Below, one piece after another: positions 1 to 10,400 of a stretch of 64,000 bases of DNA. Made by a program: the position numbers and the translations under genes. Within the stretch, counting starts at the first letter, position 1. Each line of letters opens with the position of its first letter. The notes beneath the pieces were generated by a model that was not told where the DNA came from, did not search any database, and saw only the letters and a list, made by a program, of their open reading frames with translations. Where the stretch lies: the NCBI GenBank assembly GCA_963783385.1, contig CAWANJ010000001.1:32001-96000 (forward strand), given 5' to 3'. Source of the DNA: an uncultured Gemmatimonadales bacterium. Its GTDB lineage: Bacteria; Gemmatimonadota; Gemmatimonadetes; Palauibacterales; Palauibacteraceae.

Positions 1-427
1 ACGCGAACGCCGCGGCCAGCCCCACCACCGCCGTCCACGTCCCGAGCTGGGCCGGCGACAGCCACCGGAGGGCCGGGAGGGCGCCGGCACCGACCAGGAG
101 GAGCCAGCCGCCCACCACCACGGCCACGTGCACCGCCTGGTCGAGGAGGAAGGCCGACAGCCGGGCGGGCCGCCCCCGGGTCACCACCATCTTGATCCGG
201 TCCACCCCGACGTGGACCACTGCGATCCCGGCGGCCACGCCCGCCACCGGCAGCGACAGGAGCGGCAGGAGCGCCAGGAGGTGGGCGCCCAGCACCGCCA
301 TCCCGTGGCCCGCGTAACCGATCCCGCGCCGCTTGGCCTCCACGGCCGCCCGGGTCTGGAACAGGAAGTCCGCCAGGAAGTGCCCCGCCAGGAGGAGGAC
401 GAGGAGGTCGGCCGCCCGGGCGCTCAC
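1..427 (-). CDS. DUF3307 (SatE-like) membrane protein, 3' part runs off the window
   Basis: Read manually. GTG at 427 overlaps the satD stop (GTGA). Translation MSARAADLLVLLLAGHFLADFLFQT...GYAGHG...HVGVDRIK has the H-x-x-x-D-F-x-x-Q motif and hydrophobic helices typical of DUF3307. Confidence 0.8.
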   Translation of the reverse strand, partial: MSARAADLLVLLLAGHFLADFLFQTRAAVEAKRRGIGYAGHGMAVLGAHLLALLPLLSLPVAGVAAGIAVVHVGVDRIKMVVTRGRPARLSAFLLDQAVHVAVVVGGWLLLVGAGALPALRWLSPAQLGTWTAVVGLAAAFA

Positions 428-1173
428 GTGGTCCTCATGGAGGCGCGGGCCCGGGCGGCGGCCTGCCCCGCCGCTCCGCTCGCCGCTCCGCCCGCCGCGC
501 CCCCTGCCGAACCCTTGGCCGCCGCCTTCCCGCCATACGCGGCCAGGAGGGCGCGGGCCGCCTCCTCGGCCTCGAGCACGTCGTGCACGTGGGCCCGGGA
601 CAGGGTGCGGCTCACCGTCGTCTCGTCGCGGCCGAAGCGCTCCGCCACCTCGCGCTGCGTGGCGCCCCGGAGGGCGCGCACGTAGGCGAACTGGGTGTCC
701 GTCCAGCCGGCGCGCAGGACGCCGAGCAGACGGAAGAGCCCCGACAGCACCCGGTCGTCCACCTCCGAGAAGCCCCGGACCCGGAGCCACACGCCCCCGT
801 CCGCCGCCGCCTCCACGGCGGCCCGGGCGCGGTGGAAGCACGGCCCGTCCATCGCCGACACGTCGTCGGACCGGTCCGTGCTCACGGGGCCGCGCCCCAG
901 GCCCCACGCCAGCCGCGCCGGGCGCAACGCGTCGGAGAGGCGCGTCACGAGGTCGACCGCCACGGCCGGGTCGGCGAGCAGCGCCTGGACCTCGTCGCCG
1001 GTGGTGAGCCGCAGCGCAGCGGCCAGGTCGTCTCCATGATCACGGTTGAAGTCGTCCACCGCCTCCAGCAGCCGGCGCTGTACCGCGGCCCGGTCCGGGA
1101 GGGACCGGGACTCCACGATGTCGCCGATCACAGCGATCGGATGGGTGGGGCCGCTGGCTCGTCCTCCCGGCAT
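424..1173 (-). CDS. satD: SatD family protein (cyclase-like N-terminal fold, C-terminal HTH)
   Basis: Motifs IAVIGDIVESR, GDEVQ, GLGRG, MDGPCF..AR and a C-terminal TQREVAERFG..ETTVSRTL helix-turn-helix; paired with a DUF3307 gene. Confidence 0.85.
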   Translation of the reverse strand: MPGGRASGPTHPIAVIGDIVESRSLPDRAAVQRRLLEAVDDFNRDHGDDLAAALRLTTGDEVQALLADPAVAVDLVTRLSDALRPARLAWGLGRGPVSTDRSDDVSAMDGPCFHRARAAVEAAADGGVWLRVRGFSEVDDRVLSGLFRLLGVLRAGWTDTQFAYVRALRGATQREVAERFGRDETTVSRTLSRAHVHDVLEAEEAARALLAAYGGKAAAKGSAGGAAGGAASGAAGQAAARARASMRTT

Positions 1174-1203
1174 GAACGCCCCCCGTCGATCCGCATTGAA
1201 GAA

Positions 1204-1295
1204 TACAAGTGAGCACTACTTGTACGAAATTGTACACCACGATCGGATGCACGTCAAGGTACATGACATGGCGAGTTGTATATATAAGTACAACT
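1204..1295. promoter_or_regulatory. Two inverted-repeat operator-like sites flanking the satD promoter
   Basis: TACAAGT-N7-ACTTGTA (1204-1224) and AGTTGTA-N8-TACAACT (1274-1295) share the half-site TACAA(G/C)T. Confidence 0.55.
1229..1257 (-). promoter_or_regulatory. Sigma-70-type promoter for satD
   Basis: Minus strand reads TTGACG-N17-TACAAT about 55 nt upstream of the satD ATG, inside an AT-rich island. Confidence 0.75.
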
Positions 1296-1330
1296 GGACT
1301 GTGGGGGAGGAGGGGGCTCTCTTTCGGGCC

Positions 1331-1390
1331 CATGTCAAAGATTGTCAAAGAATGACAATCTCTGCCAAAGATGGACAAAGCTGGACATTC
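1331..1390. repeat. Six imperfect in-phase 10-bp direct repeats
   Basis: catgtcaaag/attgtcaaag/aatgacaatc/tctgccaaag/atggacaaag/ctggacattc. Confidence 0.65.
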
Positions 1391-1531
1391 GGCGCCGAAG
1401 AGCCCTCCGCGCCCCCCGGCCCCTCCTCGACCGGAACGCCCCACCGTCCGGTACGCCCGCGCGCGGCGCCGGAGGGGCCGCACCGCGCCCCGCCGCGGAG
1501 CCGCGCTGCCGGGCTCGGGCGCTCGGCCTTT

Positions 1532-3567
1532 CTATCCCTCCCCGACCACCACCCTCTGCGCCTTCTTCACGGCCTCGGCGGGGCCGACCAGCACCACGTA
1601 GTCGCCGGCCTCGACCCTCGTGTCGCCGCGCGGGACCACGAAGTGGTCGCCCCGGATGACCGCGGCGACGACGCACTCGTTGGGGATGGCCATGTCGCGA
1701 ATGAGGGCTCCGGCGGCGGGCCCGTCCTCGGGGACCGGGACGCTGACCAGGCTGGCCACCCCCGAGCCGATCTCGAACAGCTCGGCCACGCCCGGGCGGT
1801 CCAGGTAGTTCTCGACCATGGCGGCCGTGGCCCACGGGGCGCTGATCGCCAGGATGCCCTCGTCCTCGAGGAGGGACATGTACTCGGGGTCCTGCACGAT
1901 GGCCATCACCCGACCCATGCCGAGCCGCTTGGCCTGCAGGGCCGAGATCACGTTCCGGCCGTCGTCCTCGGAGGCGGCGATGGTGACGTCCACGTTGTCG
2001 GGCCCCACCTGTTCCAGGAGCTCTCGCTTGGTGCCGTCGCCCTGGTAGATGGGAACGTTGTAGCGCTGCTCGAGCTCCCGGCAGCGCGCCTCGTCCTCCT
2101 CGACGAAGGTGATCTGGTGCTCGGCCGCCCGGAACACGAGCCGGTAGTCGTCGGCGGCCAGGAGCCGATCGGCGATGTTCCGGCCCTGCCGCCCTCCGCT
2201 GATGATGAGTACGCGCATGTGCTCCCTGCCCAGGCTACGGATCCACGAGGTAAGCCGGTCGCGGGCGGCCGGCAACGCCTCCGCCGCCCGCCGGCGGTTC
2301 TCCGGTCGGGTGAGATAGATGGCGGCCCCGGCCGCCGTGAGCGCCCCGCCCAGGGCGAAACTCCTCGCCTCCAGGAAGGGCACGAACATCCAGCACGACA
2401 CGATCCCCAGGAGCGGGACCCACGGATACAGGGGGACCGTGAACGGCCGCCGCAGGTTGGGCATGCGGCGATGGAGGGCGAAGACGGCGTAGTTCACGAC
2501 CCCGAGCCCCATGAGGTAGCCGAAGTCGCTCACCGACGCCACGAAGCGCACGATCCCGGTGGCCGCGAATCCCGCCACCACGGCCGCGCACGCGCCCAGC
2601 GCGATGTGGGGCGTGCGGAAGCGGGGGTGGAGACGCGCGAAGGCGGACGGGAAGTGGCCGTCCCGCCCCAGGGCGTACAGCACCCGAGCGCTGGCGCCGA
2701 GGGTGACGCTGAACGCCGACAGGCTGGCCATGATCGTGGCCACGATGGCCGCCCACTTGCCCCACCCGCCCAGGATGTTGCCGGCCATGAGGATGAAGGG
2801 GACGTCGCTTCCGGCCAGGTTCTCGTGCCGGGTCGTCCCCATCATGACGTACACTACGAACACGTAGATGCCCGTGGCGACGAACAGGGTGATGAGGATG
2901 GCGCGTGGGATCGTCTTCCCCGGGGCGATGATCTCCTCGGAGGCCACCGTGATGAGCTCGAAGCCCACGTAGGAGATGTAGACCAGCGCCATGGCCGGCA
3001 CGAAGCCGCCGTAGCCCACCGGCGCCAGGGGACGGAGGTTGGGGGCCTCCACGTGGGAGAGGCCGAGGCGCGGCCACGCCGATCAGCACGGCGAGCTCGA
3101 CCAGGTTCATGACCGTGATGATGCTGATCGCCTCGGAGCCCCCGAAGAGGTTCACGGCCGTGAAGACGAGCGGTGGTGGCCAGCGCGATGACGGCCAGGC
3201 TGGCGTGGGGCCAGAAGTAGCCCCGGATCGTGATCGCGAAGATCACGGCGTACATGGCGCACGCCAGCGTGTTGCCGATCCAGAAGAACCAGCCGGTCAG
3301 GAAGGCGAGGGGCCGAGGGAGCGTGCGGCTGGTGAAAGAGTAGCCGCCGCCGGCGATCGGGATGGCCGCGCCGAGCTCGCTGTAGGAGAGCGCGGTGAGG
3401 AGGGTGACGACGCCCACCAGCAGGTAGACCCCGATCCCCAGGGGGCCCACCAGCCTGGCCACCTCGCCGGGAAGGGCGAAGATGCCGGGGCCCATCATGG
3501 CCCCGATCCCGATCATGACGGCCCCGAACAGGCCAATGGTGCGCCGGAAGGAGAGGTCCTGGCTCAT
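1532..3567 (-). CDS. APC-family amino acid permease fused to TrkA-like RCK_N/RCK_C domains (frameshifts near 3170 and 3075)
   Basis: N-terminus MSQDLSFRRTIGLFGAVMIGIGAMMGPGIF, ELGAAIPIAGGGYSF, SYVGFE and RTPHIAL; C-terminus IYQGDGT, DDGRN, CVVAAVIRGD..VPRGDTRVEAGD. Spread over three reading frames. Confidence 0.85.
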
Positions 3568-3781
3568 CGAGGCCGAACGTAGCCGAACGGGGCCGATCGG
3601 GCGAATGCGATGAACGGAGCGGGGTTGCCGGCCGGGGTCCCGGCCGGCAGTTTGCGCCTCGTCCGTCACGAGGCGCGGCCGTGCCGTCCGCGAGAGCCAC
3701 GGTCCACGCGAGACCGCTTCCCTCACCCGGACCAACGCATGAGCATCGCCGAGAGGCGACGGGACGGAGAAGGAGCTCCCA

Positions 3782-4478
3782 ATGCGAGAAGCTCCACTCC
3801 GTGAGCAGGCACGCCAGGTCCTTCGCCGCTGGCTCATCGAGGGAGAGCTGCAGCCCGGCCAGGACCTCAACGAGCGCCTCATCGGCGACCGGCTCGGTGT
3901 GAGCCGGACTCCCGTCCGCGAGGCGCTCCTCCTCCTCACCCTCGAGGGCTTCGTGTCCATGAGCCCGTACGAGGGCTACTACGTGGCCCCCCTCACCCGC
4001 GAGGAGGGCGAGGACCTCTACCGGCTCATCGCGCTCATGGAGCACCAGGCCCTGGTGCGCTGCGAGCCCCCCGACCGCCGAGGAGCTCGTCCTTCTCGAC
4101 GAGCTCAGCGACCGCCGGCTGGCGGCCCCTAGCCACGACGAGAGCGTCGAGCTCGACCGCGAGTGGCACCGCACCCTCCTGGCCGGAGAGCGGGTGGGCC
4201 GTGTGTACCGCGAGGAGCTGACCCGGCTCCGCAACCGACTGGACCGGTACGAGCGGGCCCTCCTGCTGGACGCGCCCAGCCGGGCCTCGCTCGTCGGCGA
4301 GCACCGCGCCATCGTAGGGGCCCTGCGTCGCGGCGAGTGCGAGGAGGCCGGCCGGCTCCTGGAGGAGCACTGGCTGTGGCCCCTGTCGCGCGGGGTCCGC
4401 TGGCCGACCGACGGGGAGGAGGCCAACGGCGACGGCTCCGCGGACGACGAGGCGACCGGCGAGAAAGCGGCCTCCTGA
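3782..4478 (+). CDS. GntR (FadR/FCD) family transcriptional regulator (frameshift near 4080)
   Basis: wHTH LNERLIGDRLGVSRTPVREALL; the FCD-like tail (EHRAIVGALRRG...LLEEH) is in another frame. Confidence 0.8.
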
Positions 4479-4523
4479 CCCGGCGCGCCTGACGGGCGAG
4501 CCGCCCGGCCGTAGCTTGGCCCC

Positions 4524-4901
4524 GTGCTGAACGAACACCAGCGGCGGCGGCTGTCGGTCCGCATGGGCCGGCTCGTGGAGGAGGGCGAGGCGCTCCTCGA
4601 CCAGCTCCGCGACTCACCCGACGCCTCTTCCGCCGCGCTGCGCACCGAGCTCGAGACGCTGCTCCACACGACCCGGACGGCCGCCGGTCGCCTGGACATC
4701 CGCCTGGACGGGCCCCCTCCCGACCTTCCCCACCGGGTGCTCGTGTGGTCCGCCGCCTGGTGGACCCGCATGATCGACTGCCAGCCCGAGCACCTGGGGG
4801 GACTGGGCGACGTGGCGCCGGAGGACGCGAAGCGGATCGCTCCCGCCGTGGAGGAGATCGCCGGCCACCTGGCGCGCCTCCAGCGGCTGGCGGGCGAGTG
4901 A
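4524..4901 (+). CDS. Hypothetical helical protein
   Basis: 125-aa ORF with GC3-rich codons; its stop overlaps the GTG of the ABC ATPase. Confidence 0.6.
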   Translation: MLNEHQRRRLSVRMGRLVEEGEALLDQLRDSPDASSAALRTELETLLHTTRTAAGRLDIRLDGPPPDLPHRVLVWSAAWWTRMIDCQPEHLGGLGDVAPEDAKRIAPAVEEIAGHLARLQRLAGE

Positions 4902-6388
4902 CCGGGCCTCCCCTCCTCGAGCTGCGTAGCGTCACCAGGCGATTCCCGGGCGTGACCGCGCTCGCCGGCGTGGACCTCGCCGTCCGGGCCGGAGAGGTGC
5001 ACGCCCTCATCGGCGAGAACGGCGCCGGAAAGTCGACCCTCCTCCGTGTCCTGGCCGGCGCCACGGCCCCCGACGAGGGCGAGATCCGCATGGACGGGGA
5101 GCCGGTCGTCTTCCGCGGCCCGCGCGACGCGCTCGCCCGGGGCGTGACCGTCATCTACCAGGAGCTCACGCTCGTCCCCCATCTCACGGTGGCCGACAAC
5201 ATCTTCCTGGGGATCGAGCCGGCGCGCTCGGGGGTCGTGGACCGGGTGGCGGCGCGCGCGGGGGCGACGGGCGCCCTCGGCGAGCTCGGCCTCGAGGTGG
5301 ACCCGGACGCGCCGGTCGCCCGCCTGTCGGTGGCGCAGCGGCAGATGGTCGAGATGGCGCGCGCCCTGGTGCGGAACGCGCGCGTCCTCGCCCTCGACGA
5401 GCCCACCGCCACCCTCACCCCCCACGAGGTCGACCGCCTGTTCGAGCGGGTGGACCGGCTGCGCGATGCCGGGACGGGGATCGTGTTCGTCTCCCACCGG
5501 CTGGACGAGGTGCGCCGGGTCGCCGACCGGGTCACCGTGCTGCGCGACGGTGAGCGGGTGTGGACCGGGGCCGCGGCGGAGCGGGACGACGCGGCCCTGG
5601 TGCGCGCCATGGTGGGCCGCGACGTGGAGTACCCGCGCCAGGCCGCGGCCGGGCCGCCGTCCGAGCCGCCGCTGCTCGAGGCGGAGGGCCTCACCCGCGA
5701 GCCCGCTTTCCGGGACGTGTCGCTGCGGCTGCGGCGCGGCGAGATCGTGGGGCTGGCCGGGCTGGTGGGGGCCGGCCGCACGGAGGTGGCCCGCGTCCTG
5801 GCCGGAGCCGATCGGCCGGACGCGGGCCGGGTGCTGCTGGACGGCGAGCCCTTCCGGCCGCGCTCTCCGGGCGACGCGCTCCGCCGGGGCGTCGTCTACT
5901 TCCCCGAGGACCGGAAGCGGGACGGCCTGGCGCCCCGCCTCACGGTGCGCGAGAACGTGACCCTCTCCGTGCTGCGCCGCTTCTCCCGCCTGGGGGTCGT
6001 GCGGCGCGGGGCGGAGGCGAGCGCGGCCCGGGCCGCGGTGCGGGAGGTGGACCTCCGCCCGCCCGAGATCGAGCGGCCGGCGCGCACCCTGTCGGGCGGC
6101 AACCAGCAGAAAGTCGTGGTGGCCCGGGGGCTGATGGCCCAGGCCCGCGTGCTCCTGTTCGACGAGCCCACCCGGGGCGTGGACATCGGGGCCAAGGCGG
6201 AGCTCCACCGCCAGATCCGGTTCCTGGCCGACGGGGGGCGAGCCGTGCTCGTCATCTCTTCCGAGCTCCCCGAGCTCCTCGCCCTCGCCGACCGGGTGGT
6301 GGTGGTGCGCGAGGGCCGCGTCACCGGGAGGGTGGCGGGCGATGCCATGACCGCCGAGCGCATCATGGCGCTGGCGGTGGCGGGGTGA
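4898..6388 (+). CDS. Sugar ABC transporter ATP-binding protein (RbsA/MglA-like, two NBDs)
   Basis: Walker A GENGAGKST, LSVAQRQMVE, DEPT, second-domain LSGGNQQKV and DEPTRGVDIGAK. Confidence 0.95.
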   Translation: MTGPPLLELRSVTRRFPGVTALAGVDLAVRAGEVHALIGENGAGKSTLLRVLAGATAPDEGEIRMDGEPVVFRGPRDALARGVTVIYQELTLVPHLTVADNIFLGIEPARSGVVDRVAARAGATGALGELGLEVDPDAPVARLSVAQRQMVEMARALVRNARVLALDEPTATLTPHEVDRLFERVDRLRDAGTGIVFVSHRLDEVRRVADRVTVLRDGERVWTGAAAERDDAALVRAMVGRDVEYPRQAAAGPPSEPPLLEAEGLTREPAFRDVSLRLRRGEIVGLAGLVGAGRTEVARVLAGADRPDAGRVLLDGEPFRPRSPGDALRRGVVYFPEDRKRDGLAPRLTVRENVTLSVLRRFSRLGVVRRGAEASAARAAVREVDLRPPEIERPARTLSGGNQQKVVVARGLMAQARVLLFDEPTRGVDIGAKAELHRQIRFLADGGRAVLVISSELPELLALADRVVVVREGRVTGRVAGDAMTAERIMALAVAG

Positions 6389-6395
6389 GGCCCCG

Positions 6396-7430
6396 GTGAG
6401 CGGGACGCGCGGGGGCTGGCTCGAGCGCTACGGCGTGGGGCTCGCCCTGGTGGCGCTCGTCGTCCTCGCCTCGGTCGGCGTCCCGGGCTTCTTCTCGCGC
6501 GGCAACCTGACCACGGTCCTCCTGCACGTGTCGGTGAACGGCATCCTGGCCGTGGGCATGACCTTTGTCATCGTGACGGCCGGCATCGACCTGTCCGTGG
6601 GCTCGATCGTGGGGCTGGCCGGCGTCCTGGTGGCGGCCACCGTGACGGACGCCGGGCTCCTCTCCGCCCTCGGCCCGGGCGGCGCCACCGCCGTGGGGGT
6701 GGCGGTCGGAATCGCCGTGGGGGCCGGCGTCGGGCTCGTCAACGGCGCGGCGGTCGCCTACCTGGGCGTGAACCCGTTCATGGTCACGCTGGCCACCATG
6801 ACCATGGCGCGCGGGGCCGCCCGCCTGTTCACGGGCGGGGTGCCGATCGGCTTCCCGCCGCAGAGCGACCCGCGCTTCGATCTGAAGGTGGCGGGCCTGG
6901 ACGCCCTCCACGCCCTGGGCGGCGGGCGGGTCCCCGTCCCCGGCCTGCCGCGCGGCTTCCCGGTGCCGGCGCTGGTCATGCTGGCCCTGGTGGCCCTGGG
7001 GGGCTTCGTCCTCGCGCGCACCCGCTTCGGACGGCACGTGTACGCGGTGGGCGGGAATGAGGAGGCCTCCCGGCTGGCGGGCGTGCCGGTGCGGCGGGTC
7101 AAGCTCGGCGTGTACGCGATCTCGGGGGCGTGCGCGGGGCTGGCCGCCGTGCTCATGGTGGGGCAGCTGCGCTCGGGCGGCCCCGACGCCGGTCTCCTGT
7201 ACGAGCTCAACGCGATCGCGGCGGCCGTCATCGGCGGCGCGTCCCTGTTCGGGGGGCTCGGCACGGCGTGGGGCGCGCTGGTCGGCGCCCTGCTCATCGG
7301 CGTCCTCAACAACTCGCTCGACCTGCTGGGCGTGCAGGCGTTCTGGCAGGAGATCTCCAAGGGCGGCATCATCCTGGCCGCCGTGCTGTTCGACGTGTGG
7401 ACGAAGCGGGGGAGCGAAGGTGGTGGGTAG
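6396..7430 (+). CDS. Sugar ABC transporter permease (RbsC-like)
   Basis: GMTFVIVTAGIDLSVGS, TRFGRHVYAVGGNEEASRLAG, YELNAIAAAVIGGASL. Confidence 0.95.
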   Translation: MSGTRGGWLERYGVGLALVALVVLASVGVPGFFSRGNLTTVLLHVSVNGILAVGMTFVIVTAGIDLSVGSIVGLAGVLVAATVTDAGLLSALGPGGATAVGVAVGIAVGAGVGLVNGAAVAYLGVNPFMVTLATMTMARGAARLFTGGVPIGFPPQSDPRFDLKVAGLDALHALGGGRVPVPGLPRGFPVPALVMLALVALGGFVLARTRFGRHVYAVGGNEEASRLAGVPVRRVKLGVYAISGACAGLAAVLMVGQLRSGGPDAGLLYELNAIAAAVIGGASLFGGLGTAWGALVGALLIGVLNNSLDLLGVQAFWQEISKGGIILAAVLFDVWTKRGSEGGG

Positions 7431-10400
7431 GGACGAGAGGCAGGACGAGGACAGGGGCGGGCCGAGGGCAACTTCCGGGCGGGGGCGGGTCGCGGCGCGC
7501 ACCCCCGGGGTCGCGACCGCACTCGCCGCCGCCCTCGTCCTGGGTGCCGCGGCGACTGCGGCCATCCCGGTGCGGGCCGCCGCCCAGCAGCCGCAGGGCG
7601 CGCCGCCTCCGTCCCGCGACCTGGGCCAGCCCGTGTCCCGGTGGCTGGTCCGCATCCCGGTCCACGCCGACACGGGCCGGGCCGGGCTCCTGCGGGACTA
7701 TCTGGCGCCGTCGGAGTCGGAGGCGGCGGTCCTCCCCGAGCCCGGCGACCCGGAGACCGGCCCGTGGGTCGAGGTGCGAACGGACTCGACCGGGGCGGTC
7801 GACTTCAACCGGGAGTTCGAGGGCTCGACCGACCACACCGTCGCCTACGCCCACGTCTACCTCTCCTCTCCCGTGGACCGGGACCTCCGTCTCCTGGTGT
7901 CCAGCGACGACGACGTCGAGGCGCTCGTCAACGGCCAGCGCGTGTGGGCGCACGAGGTGGCGCGCGGCCTGGCCTCGGGCACGGACACGGTGGACGTCCG
8001 GCTGGCGAAGGGCTGGAACACGCTGATGTTCAAGGTGCGGAACCGGACCGGCGGGTTCGGGCTGCGCGTCTTCCTGGTGCACGCCCCCGGCGGGCCGGGG
8101 CTGGGCGGGCTCCGCACCTCGGTGGGGCCGCCGCCGGAGATGAGGGGCCACAGCTTCCCCGAGCGCGAGGTGGCGGTGGGGCCGGTCAGGGTACGCGGCG
8201 GCCTCGTGTGGCGGGGCGGCGCCCTGCTCGCGCCCGCCACCCTGCCGGTCACGGCGTGGGGGCCCGACACCCTGCGCCACGCGCGGGTCCGCGTCCGGCA
8301 GGACGGCCGCGACCTGGCGGCGGACAGCTTCCCGGTCCTCGTTCCCGGCCGGCCGGACAGCCTCCGGGTGGAGATCCCGTTCGCGCGGCTGCGGCGCTCG
8401 GCGCTGGGCGACGACCGCATCGAGGGCCGCTCCGACTGGCAGGGCGGCTCGAGCCGGGTGGACGTGGGGGTGAGCCCGGGGCGGCTCCTGCGGCTGGCCG
8501 GCGGGCGAGTGGACCTCGGCTTCGGGCCGATCGACGTCCATGGCCAGCGGGTGGACCGGTTCGCGACGCGGGTCGAGGTGCCGCCGGCGCTGGGCGGGCG
8601 CCCGGTGGAGATCCTGGCCCGGGGCCTCGGCCCGAAGGCCACGTACACCGTCGACGGGCGGGCGCGCGCGTGGTCGGACGGCACCGTGCCGCTGTGCTCT
8701 CCGTGCCGAACGGGCGACACGCTCGACATCACGCTCATCCCCGACCCGGACCGGCCCGTGTGGCTGGCCCCGCAGGTGCGGGTGGCCGAGCCGGGCTTCG
8801 CCGAGTACGAGGACGGTTACGGCTACGCCCGCAGGCTGACCGGCGAAGCCCCGCCCATCGACCGGCCCGACCCGGTCGCGTGGCTGCGGGCCCTGGGACG
8901 GGACGGCCACGACTACGCGGACCTGCTCCAGGAGTACGCCGACGCCTACGCGCCCCTGTCGCGGCGCATCCGGCAGGACACGCTCTTCCTGGTCGGCAAC
9001 TCCCACATCGACGCGGCGTGGCTGTGGCCGTGGACCGAGACCGAGGGGGTGATCCGTGACACGTGGCGCACCTCCCTCAAGCTGGCCGACATCTTTCCGG
9101 GCTACGTGTTCGCGGCCAGCGCGGCCGCCTACTACCGGGCCGTGGACCGGCTGGAGCCGACGCTGGGCGACTCGCTGCGCCGGGCCGTGAAGGAGGGGAG
9201 CTGGTCCATCGTGGGAGGCTGGTGGCTGGAGCCGGACGTGAACCTCCCCTCGGGCGAGTCGCTGGTCCGGCAGGGCCTGTACGGCCAGCGCTGGTTCGAG
9301 AAGCACTACGGCCGCCGGGCCACCGTGGCGTGGACGCCGGACTCGTTCGGCTATCCCTGGACCCTGCCCCAGATCCTGAAGGAGCAAGGCTTCGACGCCT
9401 TCGTGACCCAGAAGCTGCGCTGGAACGACTCCACCGAGTTCCCGCACGACGCCTTCTGGTGGAAGGGCCCGGACGGGACCCGCCTGTTCACCTACATCCC
9501 CTACGGCTACGACAGCCACCTGCGCCCGGACGCGCTCATCCAGAACCGGCTGGCCGACCGGAAGAAGACCGGGCTCCACGACCAGGTCGTGCTGTACGGG
9601 GTGGGGGACCACGGCGGCGGGCCGACCATCGACATGCTGGAGCGGGCCCAGGACCTCCGGCGCGTGCCGACCTTCCCGACCATGACCTACGCCAGGCCCG
9701 GGCCGGCGCTGGACCGGGTGCGCGCCGAGCAGCCCGACTCGGCCTTCCCGACGTGGCCGGACGAGCTCTACCTGGAGTACCACCGCGGCACCTACACCAC
9801 GCAGGCGTGGATGAAGCGGCGGAACCGCCGCGGCGAGGCCCGCCTGCAGACGGCCGAGGCGCTGGCCGCGGTGGACACGGCCGCCTACCCGCGGACCGCC
9901 CTCGAGGCGGCGTGGCACCAGGTGCTGTTCAACCAGTTCCACGACCTCCTGCCCGGCTCCGGGATCCACGAGATCTACGTGCACGCCATGGCGCGCTACG
10001 ACTCGGCGTGGGCCACCCTGGACTCGCTGCAGGCGCGCTCCCTGGCCGACCTCGGCGCGCGCCTGGACACGCGGGGGCGCGGGAGGGCCGTGGTGGTGTT
10101 CAACCCGCTCGGCTGGAGCCGGAGCGGCCGCGTGGCCGTGCCGCCCGCCCCGGGCTCGAAGGCCGACACCACCTGGATCACGGTGGACAGCGTGCCGGCG
10201 CTCGGAGCCCGGGTGGTGCACCTGCCCGCGGACACGATGTCCCGGTCCGACCGCGGCCTGCCGGAGCCCGCCGCCGGGCCCGACTGGATCTCCAACGGCC
10301 GCCTGAGGGTCCGGGTGGACACCACCGACGGAGAGATCACCTCGATCCGCGACCTGGCGACGGGGCGCGAGGTGCTGGCTCCGGGGGAGCGCGGCAACGT

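Noticed and set aside
1331-1390. CRISPR array
   Set aside because: The repeats are 10 bp, contiguous, without spacers, and no cas genes are present.
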